Below, in pieces: positions 20,302 to 30,662 of a stretch of 64,000 nucleotides of DNA. Within the stretch, counting starts at the first letter, position 1, and every line of letters starts with the position of its first letter. The DNA lies in contig CAYGAC010000017.1 in the NCBI GenBank assembly GCA_964347865.1, positions 4 to 64,003 on the forward strand. Direction: 5' to 3'. Both the position numbers and the translations under genes were made by a program. A model generated the notes under the pieces. That model was not told the DNA's origin. It did no database searches and worked only from the letters and a program-made list of their open reading frames with translations. Origin of the DNA: an uncultured Thermoplasmatales archaeon. Its GTDB lineage: Archaea; Thermoplasmatota; E2; DHVEG-1.

Positions 20302-21419
20302 AAATGATTACTGAAGATTTCAAGGATATCATTAGAGCATGCGAACAGTGTGGTACTTGTACTGCATCCTGTCCAACCAAAGAAGCAAGTGATTTCAATA
20401 TACGAAAGGTGGTTAGACACCTCCAATTGGAAATACATGAAGACAAAGATTTCTTAAGTAAATATCCCTGGTTGTGTACACAGTGTTATCGGTGTCGTGA
20501 ACTTTGTACCGAAGGACTTGAAATTCCAAAGCTGGTAATGGCACTCCGGAAATTAGCTCTAACAAATGCAGCAGAACCCGAAAGTGTTCATAGCCTTAGC
20601 AAATCTGTAAAAGAATTTGACAGCCCTTACCAATCACAGACAAGAACCAAAGAAACATGGATCAATAAGAAATTTGGTGATAGCGAAAAATCTTCAAATG
20701 CAGATTTACTTTACTGGGTGGGATGTACTCCATCAATTATGGCACCGAATATTGCTAATGAAACTTCAGAAGTATTGACAAAAATTAATCAGGAGTATAA
20801 AATATTAAACAATGAACCATGTTGCGGAGAACCTTTGATCAGTTTAGGTCTAATAGATGAGGCAAAGGAAACCGCAGAAAAAGTGAAAAAAGTGATTGAG
20901 ATAGCACATATTAAGAGACTGGTCACATCATGTTCAGGTTGTTACAATACATTCACAAATCTCTACCCAGAGGTATTGGGTATTAATTTTTCTGATATTG
21001 AAATACTGCATATATCTCAAGTTTTAAGCAAAAACATGAATCAAGAGTTTAAGCTTGAAAAACCAATGAAGCTTACATATCATGATCCATGCTCACTGGG
21101 TAGACACTCGAAAGTCTATGATGCTCCCCGAGCTGTACTCGAATCAATTGAGGGTCTTAATTTTATAGAGATGGAACGCACAAGGGAATGTGCCAGATGC
21201 TGTGGAGGTGGAGGAGGTATCATATCTTTAGATTATAAAATGGCAATGGAGATTGCTAATAATATGGTGAAAAAAGACATATTACCACTTGGCGTCGAAG
21301 GCTTGGTTACTTGTTGTCCTTCTTGTTATTTAAACTTCAAGCGTACTGCTTTAAAAAATAAAATCCCTATAAAAATATATGATTTGTCTGAGGTTGCGGC
21401 ATTATCCAGAGGGTCCTAA
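20298..21419 (+). CDS. HdrD/GlcF-like iron-sulfur protein with two CCG domains
   Basis: N-terminal CxxCxxCxxxCP ferredoxin motifs, then PCCGEP...YHDPCSLGRH...CARCCGGGGG (CCG domain signatures). Confidence 0.65.
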   Translation: MKMITEDFKDIIRACEQCGTCTASCPTKEASDFNIRKVVRHLQLEIHEDKDFLSKYPWLCTQCYRCRELCTEGLEIPKLVMALRKLALTNAAEPESVHSLSKSVKEFDSPYQSQTRTKETWINKKFGDSEKSSNADLLYWVGCTPSIMAPNIANETSEVLTKINQEYKILNNEPCCGEPLISLGLIDEAKETAEKVKKVIEIAHIKRLVTSCSGCYNTFTNLYPEVLGINFSDIEILHISQVLSKNMNQEFKLEKPMKLTYHDPCSLGRHSKVYDAPRAVLESIEGLNFIEMERTRECARCCGGGGGIISLDYKMAMEIANNMVKKDILPLGVEGLVTCCPSCYLNFKRTALKNKIPIKIYDLSEVAALSRGS

Positions 21420-21421
21420 AT

Positions 21422-21622
21422 TTAGAATGTTACTGTCTTTATTTTTATCGCTTTATCAGGACATATGAAACCACATTCGTTACAATCCTCACAAAGAAAT
21501 TCTGTTACCTCAATCCGGTTACCTCGCAAAGCAATTGCAGAATCTGGGCATTTATCTATACATAATGGCTCGCTATATCCGCCACAAAGCCTACAAAGTT
21601 TATAATCTACTTCAACTACCAT
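21422..21622 (-). CDS. small 2x[4Fe-4S] ferredoxin
   Basis: CRLCGG...CIDKCP and CEDCNECGFICP. Confidence 0.55.
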   Translation of the reverse strand: MVVEVDYKLCRLCGGYSEPLCIDKCPDSAIALRGNRIEVTEFLCEDCNECGFICPDKAIKIKTVTF

Positions 21623-21633
21623 GATAATACATC

Positions 21634-22212
21634 CTATATCTCTACATCTCCTAATACTTGTTTTGCTCCTTTGTGTTTACTCATGCTTTCAGTTTGTTCA
21701 ATGGTTAACCGTCGGACGCAACAGCCATCACCACGTGGGATTGCCTTCTGAGTTTCTAGATTCACTTTAGTGTTGAATAGTTGGTTAATATCCTCAATCA
21801 CTGTTTGGAACCATTTGTCACACCCTAGAACGTCTTCCTCCATAGGAGCATTATATCGTCTGGCAAACTCAGGCCATGGGCAACGGTCCCACTGCACAAA
21901 AAACTCGTTCTCATTCTCGCCTTTTATCATCTTGGCAGTTTCACCCATCATAGTGGAACTCATAACAATACATTTGGCAATGTCTTCAAGAAATGTAGGT
22001 TTTGAAACATCAAGCATTCCAAAATATGCTTTAGCGGTATCATGACCGACTATTTCCCAGGCTTTTAGGACCAAATCCAATGGTTTGAACTTTGGCTGGG
22101 CGCATTCAATTGCTGCCTGACGCCATTCATACCATGTAGCTCTGTTGATGTTTTGTAATGCTTCAAATTTTTTCATGAGTGTTCTAATCTCTTTTTCAGG
22201 GTCAACTGGCAT
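21634..22212 (-). CDS. conserved hypothetical protein (Cys-containing), in operon with enoate reductase
   Basis: Operon position only; conserved CPW and DGCC motifs; no confident family. Confidence 0.3.
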   Translation of the reverse strand: MPVDPEKEIRTLMKKFEALQNINRATWYEWRQAAIECAQPKFKPLDLVLKAWEIVGHDTAKAYFGMLDVSKPTFLEDIAKCIVMSSTMMGETAKMIKGENENEFFVQWDRCPWPEFARRYNAPMEEDVLGCDKWFQTVIEDINQLFNTKVNLETQKAIPRGDGCCVRRLTIEQTESMSKHKGAKQVLGDVEI

Positions 22213-22226
22213 AATTATAACCTCCT

Positions 22227-24209
22227 TTATAATCGAATTCCAGTGCGATATCCATCATGGAGCGCATTTGATAATGAACGTGGGACTAAAGCATCACCGA
22301 TTAAATGAAGTTCAATGTTCTGCTCTTTTACAGTTTCTTTTAACTCCTGTCTTGGAGTACGTTCAGCATATATCACGGTATCAGCTTGAACAGGAATCCT
22401 GGTACCATAATGATTCTTTACAATAACTCCTTTATCAGTAATCTCTTCAAGGTCACATTCTTTGTATGTTGTAACATGTTTTTCATTTAATTTTTTGATA
22501 TATCTCCAAATGTATGATGGATTTACATCTTTTCCAACCTTTCGTTCTCTACTAATTAAAGTTACCTTTTTACCGTGTTCAGCAAGATATAACGCTACAC
22601 CAATACCTGGTTTTTTACCACCCCAAACAACGACTTTTTCACCAACCTTTGCCTTATCCCGCAGAACATCAGTAGCACACATTACATTAGGTCCATCAAA
22701 GCCTTTGGCATCACCTTTAATAAATTCAGCACCAGCGGCTAAAACCACTGCATCTGGTAGTTCTTCATCTATAAATTCAGGTGTAACCTTTGTTCCTAAA
22801 TGGAAATTTACTCCTGCTTTTTTGCACATTGCTTTATGATACTCTATCATACCATATAATTCTTCATCACCATATGGTGCTTTTGATGCGGGTGTTATCT
22901 GACCACCTACTTCTTTATTGGACTCGTAAACATGAACATCGTGACCACGTTCAGCTGCTATATAAGCACACTCTAATCCTGCAGGACCGCCACCTACAAT
23001 CATTACATATTTTTGCATAGTTACAGGAGTTACCTTCCAATCTGGATCAGCTTCATGTGCACATACTGGATTAACATAACATGTCATAGGTGCATCACGG
23101 AACAACCGAGCTAAACACAAGTTGCATGCCACGCATGGTCGTATCTCCTGTTCACATCCTTCTAATACCTTCTTTGGCATTAATGGATCAGCAATCATTG
23201 GACGGCACATCTCCCAAATATCTAAAATTCCATCAGCAATTGCTTTATCTGGTAAATCAGGAGTAAATAACCTATACGCCATGGATACAGGTGTTTTGAG
23301 GGCTTCCTTCGCACGTTTGGCATTATACAACCATGAACCCTGTGGTATATCACGTGAAATTACTGGTACAATAGATTCTTGCCAGCCCTGTGTGACACTT
23401 AAACAATCAATTCCTGCTTCCTCGGCTTTTTTGTATGTAACCATGCTCTCTTCTGGTGTATTACCACCAACATCGTTTAATAATTCTTCAGCACATAGTC
23501 GAATTATAAGTGGGATATCATCCCCAATGGCCTTTCGTACTGCATGGATTGTCTCTACCATAAATGTGCATCTTCCTTCTATATCGCCACCGTACTCATC
23601 AGTTCGGCGATTTGTGTAGGAAGATAGGAAATTGGATATCAAGTAGCCTACGATTCCAGAGATTTCTATTATCTGGAAACCTGCGTCTATGCCACGTCGT
23701 GCAGCGTCAGCATGTTCTTGAATACATGTTTTAATGTCTTTTTTTGTCATTTCTTTAACTGGTCGAAATACTCGAAGCCGCTGTGGAATTGCCGATGGGC
23801 CTACGCATACTGGGGTTTCAACACCGCCGACTCGGCCGCAGTGCATTAATTGGTAATTTGATATTGCTCCTTCATCATGTATTGCATCTGCAAGACTTTT
23901 TAGTCCAGGTATGAATTTATCATCCCAGGCTGCCGCTTGGCCTACATAACCTTGGCCAAATCCATCGGGATCCATGTAGACACCCTGTATAGTACAAATA
24001 CCACCTACTACACCACGTGCACGCATTCGTATGTATTCTAAACCAGCATCTGTGATAAAACCATCACGAGCGTTTAGGTTGTCCTCAGTTGCCGCATATT
24101 TTATACGGTTTGGAATGGTAAGTTTACCGATTTTAATCGATTTAAATAAATTTGGATACTTTTTTCCACCTGGAAATTTGCTATAATCCCACTTTGAGTT
24201 TTTACTCAT
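22227..24209 (-). CDS. OYE-type FMN oxidoreductase fused to FAD/NAD(P) domain (2-enoate / 2,4-dienoyl-CoA reductase family)
   Basis: TIM-barrel old-yellow-enzyme N-terminus, CVACNLC Fe-S motif, C-terminal IVGGGPAGLECAYIAAERGHDVHVYE dinucleotide fold. Confidence 0.7.
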   Translation of the reverse strand: MSKNSKWDYSKFPGGKKYPNLFKSIKIGKLTIPNRIKYAATEDNLNARDGFITDAGLEYIRMRARGVVGGICTIQGVYMDPDGFGQGYVGQAAAWDDKFIPGLKSLADAIHDEGAISNYQLMHCGRVGGVETPVCVGPSAIPQRLRVFRPVKEMTKKDIKTCIQEHADAARRGIDAGFQIIEISGIVGYLISNFLSSYTNRRTDEYGGDIEGRCTFMVETIHAVRKAIGDDIPLIIRLCAEELLNDVGGNTPEESMVTYKKAEEAGIDCLSVTQGWQESIVPVISRDIPQGSWLYNAKRAKEALKTPVSMAYRLFTPDLPDKAIADGILDIWEMCRPMIADPLMPKKVLEGCEQEIRPCVACNLCLARLFRDAPMTCYVNPVCAHEADPDWKVTPVTMQKYVMIVGGGPAGLECAYIAAERGHDVHVYESNKEVGGQITPASKAPYGDEELYGMIEYHKAMCKKAGVNFHLGTKVTPEFIDEELPDAVVLAAGAEFIKGDAKGFDGPNVMCATDVLRDKAKVGEKVVVWGGKKPGIGVALYLAEHGKKVTLISRERKVGKDVNPSYIWRYIKKLNEKHVTTYKECDLEEITDKGVIVKNHYGTRIPVQADTVIYAERTPRQELKETVKEQNIELHLIGDALVPRSLSNALHDGYRTGIRL

Positions 24210-25948
24210 TTGGTTCTCCCCCGTGATTTATTTATTTCTTTATAATATATCTTATACGTATCTGGGTCGATGGCAATACCATAATCACTTTTAGATTTTT
24301 CTGCTGAGATTATTCCGTTTCTTACTTCTTCTAGAACCTTTTCTACAGGTCGTAAGTATGGATCTCCATATCCTCCCCCTCCCCCTGCCTGTTGAAATAA
24401 AATGGTACCTATAGGTATGTCTTCAATGAGATCTTTACTAGTGGTTTTATAGACTTTACCATCAGGGTAAGTAAGAAGGATTTTGTTTAAGGTTCCATTT
24501 TTTCCTTTGAAAAGACCAAACCCAGGTTCTACATCTCCATCTCCAAATACTACAACCTTTGTATTTTCTCCACCTATCTTGAACTTTGTTTCAACTCCAA
24601 GGCCTCCTCTCCATTGTCCAGCCCCTGCAGAATCAGTCCAATACTCATGCTTTAACAGTAAATGCGGGGTTTGCTGTTCAAACATCTCATAATCCTGATC
24701 AAGTACGCCCCCAGATGCATCAATCATGCCTATATGATCATAGCCATCTACGCCATGTGTACCACCAGAGCCGCCTTTCAATCCTAAGAAACCTATGTCA
24801 ACGTACTTATCCTTCTTCCTTGTATCATAACCTGTTGTGAGATAACATAGTAATTGATTCCAGCCTGCTGTTACTCTTTCAGGTATTGCCGTAGATAGAG
24901 CCCTTATTATTGCATCAGCGTTAGGTGGACAAAGATGGTTTCCAAATGTGGTAGCTGCCGGATATTTTGCATTAAGTATTGTACCTTCTGGTATAATGAT
25001 TTTTATGGGTTTGATCATGCCATCATTATGTGGTATATCCGGGTTAACCATCTGCAAAAATGTTAGAATCGTGGCTGATGCACTAGAAGTATAAGTTCCA
25101 TTAACAAAGCCAGTTGTTTGAGAATCAGTGGCTGAATAATCAAATATTATTTCTTCATCTTTAACAATTATTTTAACTCTAATTTTGTACTTTGAACCAG
25201 GTGTTTTACCATCGTAATATACTGTAGCTTCACCTTTGTAGGTGCCTTTTGGTATTGTTCGTATTTCTGCCTTCATCATTTTGTTTGTAGAGTCAAATAG
25301 ATATTTTTTATGTGTTTCAAATGTTTCTCTACCGTATTTTTCCACCAGCTTTAAAATGCCTCTTTCCCCGACGACACAGCTTCCAATCTCTGCTCGCATA
25401 TCTTCAGCTACAATATCAAATCGGATGTTTGCAAATATTAGATCCCACACATCTTTTCTTAATTTGCCTTTCTCATAGACTTTTACAGGTGGTATTCTCA
25501 ATGCTTCCTGCCATACTTCTGTGGCATTAGGATTATATCCGCCAGCCACTGCTCCACCAATATCAGCTTGATGACCCTTGCAAGCTGACCATGCAATCAA
25601 TTTATTATTGTAAAAAATGGGTTTGTACACAGCGACATCATTGTTTTGATTACCCATTGAAAATACATCATTGTGGAATATTACGTCTCCAGGGTATAGT
25701 TCCTTACCAAAATATTTGACGATGTATTCGCATACTGGACCCAAAGAAAAGGATAGGATGGGAAGATTCTCTGTTTGTTCAAGCATTTTTCCATTGGCAT
25801 CGTAGAGACCGGTAACAAAATCCTTAGCTTCACAAAGAATTGGTGAACGAGTTGTTTTTGTCAAAGCAATGCTCATTTCCTCTGTAATAGATTTAAATCT
25901 ACGCTGAAATACCGAAGCCAATATTTTATCGATTTTAGCATACTTCAT
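24206..25948 (-). CDS. hyuB: hydantoinase B / oxoprolinase family subunit
   Basis: N-terminal ILASVFQRRFKSITEEMSIALTKTTRSPILCEAKDFVTGLYDANG is typical of HyuB/acetone-carboxylase beta-like proteins. Confidence 0.75.
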   Translation of the reverse strand: MKYAKIDKILASVFQRRFKSITEEMSIALTKTTRSPILCEAKDFVTGLYDANGKMLEQTENLPILSFSLGPVCEYIVKYFGKELYPGDVIFHNDVFSMGNQNNDVAVYKPIFYNNKLIAWSACKGHQADIGGAVAGGYNPNATEVWQEALRIPPVKVYEKGKLRKDVWDLIFANIRFDIVAEDMRAEIGSCVVGERGILKLVEKYGRETFETHKKYLFDSTNKMMKAEIRTIPKGTYKGEATVYYDGKTPGSKYKIRVKIIVKDEEIIFDYSATDSQTTGFVNGTYTSSASATILTFLQMVNPDIPHNDGMIKPIKIIIPEGTILNAKYPAATTFGNHLCPPNADAIIRALSTAIPERVTAGWNQLLCYLTTGYDTRKKDKYVDIGFLGLKGGSGGTHGVDGYDHIGMIDASGGVLDQDYEMFEQQTPHLLLKHEYWTDSAGAGQWRGGLGVETKFKIGGENTKVVVFGDGDVEPGFGLFKGKNGTLNKILLTYPDGKVYKTTSKDLIEDIPIGTILFQQAGGGGGYGDPYLRPVEKVLEEVRNGIISAEKSKSDYGIAIDPDTYKIYYKEINKSRGRTK

Positions 25949-28041
25949 CTGTTTATCCTCCGAATAAATTCTTTCTCTCTGGATTTCAGATACATAGTGT
26001 AACTCCCATATTTATCGCATATAACATTGTAATAAGGGCTGACGAAGGTTGTGGTATTGACTTGTTCTATAACTCCTGGGCCAACAACCTTGTTTCCGCA
26101 TCTAAGCTTTGATCCATCATAGACATAAATCTCTTCAAAATCCTTCTTATCTGGCAGGTAGACCTCTCTTTTACCTTTAATTGCTTTTGATGCATCCTCC
26201 CAATTATCTTTCTCATTTGAAAAACGAGGCTTATCTGTTTTTCCTATACATGTTAATCTCATATTAATCAGTTCAATTGGTGTTCCTTCATCCTCTAAGG
26301 AATATCCATATAATCTATTGTGTTCTGGATGGAATTTTTTAGAAATGGATTCAATATTAGCATTCTCCGCTTCCTCTTTTGTTATGATTACATTAACCTC
26401 ATGATATTGTTTCACATATCTTAAATCTAAGGAATAAATTAGCTTAATTTTTTTTTCAGGGATATTCTCGGTTTTTAACAACTGTATACCATCTACTTTC
26501 ATCTCATCGAAGAGAGATGCAAAGGTTTTTGAATCGATCTCATCGATTTTCGTGGCATAGGTCCTGACAAAATCATGCTTTAGGTCAGACATCAGCATCC
26601 CTGCAGCGCAGAAAATAGAGCTTTCTCTTGGAATGATCATTACAGGTATCTCAAGTTCCAAAGCGATCATGCATGCGTGCACTGGTCCGGCACCACCTGC
26701 AACTACCAACGGGAATTCTCTTGGGTCGTAACCTTTCTTGAGTGACACCTCCCTCACGCCCGAGGCCATATTGACATTTATTACTTGATACATTCCTGCA
26801 GCGGCTTCGACAACATCGAGATTCAATTTCTCTGCGATGTGCATTTTTATTACTTGTTCGGCATTCTTGTAGTTCAGCGGTATCTTTCCCCCTGCGAAGA
26901 AGTCCTTGTCCAAATAGCCTAGTATGAGATCCGCGTCCGTGCAGGTTGGCAGCTTTCCTCCAAGATCATAGCATGCTGGCCCAGGTTTTGCACCGGCGCT
27001 CTGCGGACCCATGCGTAATAGCCCACCTTCATCAATCCAGCCTATGCTGCCACCTCCAGCACCTATCGTGACTATCCCCAGCATTGGCAGAGCTAACCGA
27101 AGGCGATTGATCTCACCTTCGGTTGTGATGAGGGGTTTTTTATCCTTAATCAACGCAGCATCAAAGCTCGTGCCTCCCATGTCAATAGTGATGCAGTCGT
27201 TGTACCCCTGTATAGAAGTATATGCAATCCCTGCGACTGGCCCACCTGCAGGACCCGATAAAAGCGTTGACACTGCCATATTTGTCGCTATTTCAGGCGA
27301 GATGACACCACCATTGGACTGCATTATGAGCAATATACCCTTAAAACCCGCATCTTTCAGTTTTGAGGTTAAGGATGACAAATAGCTTCGTAAAATAGGT
27401 CCAACATAGGAGTTCAATACCGTTGTACTTATACGATCATAGAACCTTATTGAAGGCAGGAGTTTACTAGAAAGCGTGAGATAGTTTTCTGGAAATTCTT
27501 CTTTTATTATATCGGCTGCAATCTCTTCATGGCTTTTATTAGCAAATGAATTCATGAAGCAAATTGCAATAGCCTCAACATTCTCTTTCTTGAATTGCTT
27601 AATTGCGTCGGAGATGTCTGATTTTTTGATAGGTGAAACAACATCCCCTTTGTAATCTAATCGTTCTTCTACAGGATACCTCAGATATCTTGAGACAAGT
27701 GGCTTTACATTGGTAAACCTATTGTTATATTGCTCTTCCCTTATCCCCCGCCTCATCTCCAGTGCATCCCTTAAACCCTTTGTAGTCAACAGCCCAGTTT
27801 TTGCACCGGTGTAGGTCAATACTGCATTGGTGGTCACTGTAGTTCCATGGACAATAGTTTCCACACCCTTGATAAACTCTTCCAACGAGAGATTTCTAGC
27901 TCTTGCCATCTCGTTTAAGCCGTTCATTAATCCTATCGAAGGATCAGATGGTGTAGATAGAACCTTATATATCTCAGATTTCTCACGGTCAATCAACAAG
28001 AAATCTGTAAAAGTTCCACCGACATCAATGCCAATTTTCAT
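25945..28041 (-). CDS. hyuA: hydantoinase A / oxoprolinase family subunit
   Basis: MKIGIDVGGTFTDFLLID N-terminus and the internal GIDMGGTSFD ATPase motif. Confidence 0.75.
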   Translation of the reverse strand: MKIGIDVGGTFTDFLLIDREKSEIYKVLSTPSDPSIGLMNGLNEMARARNLSLEEFIKGVETIVHGTTVTTNAVLTYTGAKTGLLTTKGLRDALEMRRGIREEQYNNRFTNVKPLVSRYLRYPVEERLDYKGDVVSPIKKSDISDAIKQFKKENVEAIAICFMNSFANKSHEEIAADIIKEEFPENYLTLSSKLLPSIRFYDRISTTVLNSYVGPILRSYLSSLTSKLKDAGFKGILLIMQSNGGVISPEIATNMAVSTLLSGPAGGPVAGIAYTSIQGYNDCITIDMGGTSFDAALIKDKKPLITTEGEINRLRLALPMLGIVTIGAGGGSIGWIDEGGLLRMGPQSAGAKPGPACYDLGGKLPTCTDADLILGYLDKDFFAGGKIPLNYKNAEQVIKMHIAEKLNLDVVEAAAGMYQVINVNMASGVREVSLKKGYDPREFPLVVAGGAGPVHACMIALELEIPVMIIPRESSIFCAAGMLMSDLKHDFVRTYATKIDEIDSKTFASLFDEMKVDGIQLLKTENIPEKKIKLIYSLDLRYVKQYHEVNVIITKEEAENANIESISKKFHPEHNRLYGYSLEDEGTPIELINMRLTCIGKTDKPRFSNEKDNWEDASKAIKGKREVYLPDKKDFEEIYVYDGSKLRCGNKVVGPGVIEQVNTTTFVSPYYNVICDKYGSYTMYLKSREKEFIRRINR

Positions 28042-28256
28042 GAGGAAATCTCCCCCAAAATCAAGTTTTTAATCTCTGAATATTTAAATGGTATTAGTAT
28101 TTATCTCTCTTATCAGCCTGCATAAACTCTTCTGCCTAGAAGCTATAAATTCTTTTCAAAGTCGAAATTGAGCAAGGCTTATATATCAAAAGGCATTTAA
28201 TGACCTTTCGGGGGAATAATAAGGCTAATATGTGTTGAACTGTAGGAGATTTAAAA

Positions 28257-29393
28257 ATGGATTTTACACCAACAGAGGAGGAAAAATTATTCCGAAAAAC
28301 AGTAGCGACTTTTGTAGAAAAAGAAGTAACGCCATTTGTAGATGAACTTGAGAAGAAGGGTGAGTTTCCAACAACATTATTTAAAAGAGCAGGAAAACTT
28401 GGTTATTTTGGTCTTAGATATCCTCCCAAATATGGCGGTACAGAAACAAACATAGCAATGTTTTGTATTTTATGCGAGGAACTGGCCCGTGGATGGTTGA
28501 GTCTTGCCATGCTTACTGCTATGCAATCGCTTATGGGTACGAATTTTATCTACAGATTTGGGACTGAAGATCACAAGAAGCGGCTTCTGATTCCTGCAAT
28601 AAAGGGCGAGAAGATTGCAGCTTTTGCATTAACAGAACCCGGTGCTGGTACAGACCTCGAATCAATACAAACTACTGCGAAAAAAGAGAAAGATCATTAT
28701 GTTCTAAATGGGACTAAAACATGGATTACTAATGCCCCAGTAGCTGACTTTTTCACTGTGCTTGCGTATACTGATAAGAGTAAAGGCTTAAAAGGTGTAA
28801 ATTTCTTTTTAGTGGAGAAAGATACTCCAGGTTTTTCTATTGGTAAGAAAATTGACAAGATGTCTGTCCGGGGAGGAACAATAGGAGAAATTGCATTTGA
28901 TAAGTGTCGAATTCCTTTAAGCAATATGTTAGGAAAAGAAGGAGAAGGTTATCTGCAGCTCCAGGGGATTCTTGCAGAGATCAGGGTTATGACTGGTGCA
29001 TTAAGTATCGGGCTCGCCCGAGCAGCCCTTGAAGCATCCATAAAATATTCACAAGAGCGCACACAGTTTGGACGACCTATTGGAAAATTTCAGGCAATAA
29101 GAATGAAATTAGGTGATCTGGTAACAGAGCTCGAAGCTGCACGATTACTGGTTTATTATGCTGCGTGGCTGATAGATCAAAAAAAATCATGCATGAAAGA
29201 AGCATCGATGGCAAAGTTGTTTGCCTCTGAAATGGCAAACCGTGTTGTCGACGAAGCAACCCGAATACACGGTGCTTATGGAATAGCAGACGAATTTCCT
29301 ATTCAACGTTTCTTTCGTGATGCTAGATTTTTATTATACGGTGGTGGAACATCTGAGATTCTACAACTTATCATAGGGAGGGAGATGCAATAA
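28257..29393 (+). CDS. acyl-CoA dehydrogenase
   Basis: FALTEPGAGTDL, WITNA, catalytic-Glu C-terminal region YGGGTSEI. Confidence 0.8.
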   Translation: MDFTPTEEEKLFRKTVATFVEKEVTPFVDELEKKGEFPTTLFKRAGKLGYFGLRYPPKYGGTETNIAMFCILCEELARGWLSLAMLTAMQSLMGTNFIYRFGTEDHKKRLLIPAIKGEKIAAFALTEPGAGTDLESIQTTAKKEKDHYVLNGTKTWITNAPVADFFTVLAYTDKSKGLKGVNFFLVEKDTPGFSIGKKIDKMSVRGGTIGEIAFDKCRIPLSNMLGKEGEGYLQLQGILAEIRVMTGALSIGLARAALEASIKYSQERTQFGRPIGKFQAIRMKLGDLVTELEAARLLVYYAAWLIDQKKSCMKEASMAKLFASEMANRVVDEATRIHGAYGIADEFPIQRFFRDARFLLYGGGTSEILQLIIGREMQ

Positions 29394-29409
29394 CTAGGAG
29401 GTAAAAAGT

Positions 29410-29859
29410 ATGGTATATAAATTTAAGGGTAAAACCTTTAATGAGTTCAAAGTAGGTGATAAGTTTACTACTGCTTCCAGGACAATTACTGAAGCAGATG
29501 TTGTTAACTTTGCAGGACTATCTGGTGATTTCAATCCCCTTCATACAGATGAGGAATTTGGCAAATCAACCCCATTTAAAGGCAGGGTAGCTCATGGCAT
29601 GTTAAGCGTAGCTGTTGCTACAGGCTTAGCCAATCAGCTAGGTATCTTTGAAGGAACTACAATTGCACTATTGAGTATGACTATAAATTATAAAGGTGCG
29701 GTAAAGTTTGGAGACACGATACATTTAGAGCTGAGAGTTGTGGAAAAAAAAGAGACGAGCAAGGATGATAGGGGTATAGTGACTTTTGATACCATTGTCA
29801 ATAATCAAAATGACGAACCTATTGTTGAAGGACAATGGGTGGTGATGTTACGTAGATAA
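29410..29859 (+). CDS. MaoC-like (R)-specific enoyl-CoA hydratase, hot-dog fold
   Basis: FAGLSGDFNPLHTDEEF motif. Confidence 0.65.
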   Translation: MVYKFKGKTFNEFKVGDKFTTASRTITEADVVNFAGLSGDFNPLHTDEEFGKSTPFKGRVAHGMLSVAVATGLANQLGIFEGTTIALLSMTINYKGAVKFGDTIHLELRVVEKKETSKDDRGIVTFDTIVNNQNDEPIVEGQWVVMLRR

Positions 29860-29898
29860 AACAGATGGTAGACGGTTAACGAAAAAGGAGGAATATGT

Positions 29899-30642
29899 AT
29901 GAGATTAAAAAATAAGGTCGCTTTGATAACTGGAGGCGGAAGCGGAATAGGTGAGGCGACAGTTTTAAGGTTTTCAGAAGAAGGTGCGAAGGTAGTAATC
30001 AATGATGTCAATGCAGATAATGTAAATAATGTAGCGGAAAAGATAAAGGCTAAGGGTGGCGAGGTATTGGTTTGTATCGCCGATGTTTGCAAGAAAAGTG
30101 ATGTAGAAAAAATGGTAAAACAAACAATAGAGAAGTTTGGAAGACTTGATATCCTTGTAAACAACGCTGGTATTAATAGAGATTCTTTTGCTAAAAAAAT
30201 GTCTGAAGAGCAATGGGACAAAGTCATTGATATTAATCTCAAAGGTACTTTTTTGTGCGCCCAGGCAGCCCTTGGTCCAATGATAGAGCAAAACTCTGGA
30301 AGGATAATTAACACCGCATCTATAGGTGCACTGGGAAACATTGGGCAGGCAAATTATTCCGCTTCTAAGGCTGGTGTAATGGGTCTAACTAAAACTTTGG
30401 CTCTGGAAGGTGCTCGATATAATATTACCGTTAATTGCGTATCTCCTGGAGCTACAAATACAGCTATGACCACAAAGATACCACCAGAAATCGCACAAAA
30501 AATTAAGGAAAAAATTCCACTCAGAAGGTTTGCAGAGCCAAAAGAGATTGCCGACATACATCTCTTCTTGGCTAGCGAGGAATCAAATTATATCACAGGA
30601 CAAGTGATATTCGTTGATGGTGGAATTAGCGTTGGGATTTAA
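29899..30642 (+). CDS. short-chain dehydrogenase/reductase (3-oxoacyl reductase-like)
   Basis: TGGGSGIGEA cofactor motif, NNAG, catalytic YSASKAG. Confidence 0.75.
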   Translation: MRLKNKVALITGGGSGIGEATVLRFSEEGAKVVINDVNADNVNNVAEKIKAKGGEVLVCIADVCKKSDVEKMVKQTIEKFGRLDILVNNAGINRDSFAKKMSEEQWDKVIDINLKGTFLCAQAALGPMIEQNSGRIINTASIGALGNIGQANYSASKAGVMGLTKTLALEGARYNITVNCVSPGATNTAMTTKIPPEIAQKIKEKIPLRRFAEPKEIADIHLFLASEESNYITGQVIFVDGGISVGI

Positions 30643-30662
30643 GCAGAAGCGGAGGACTCCTA

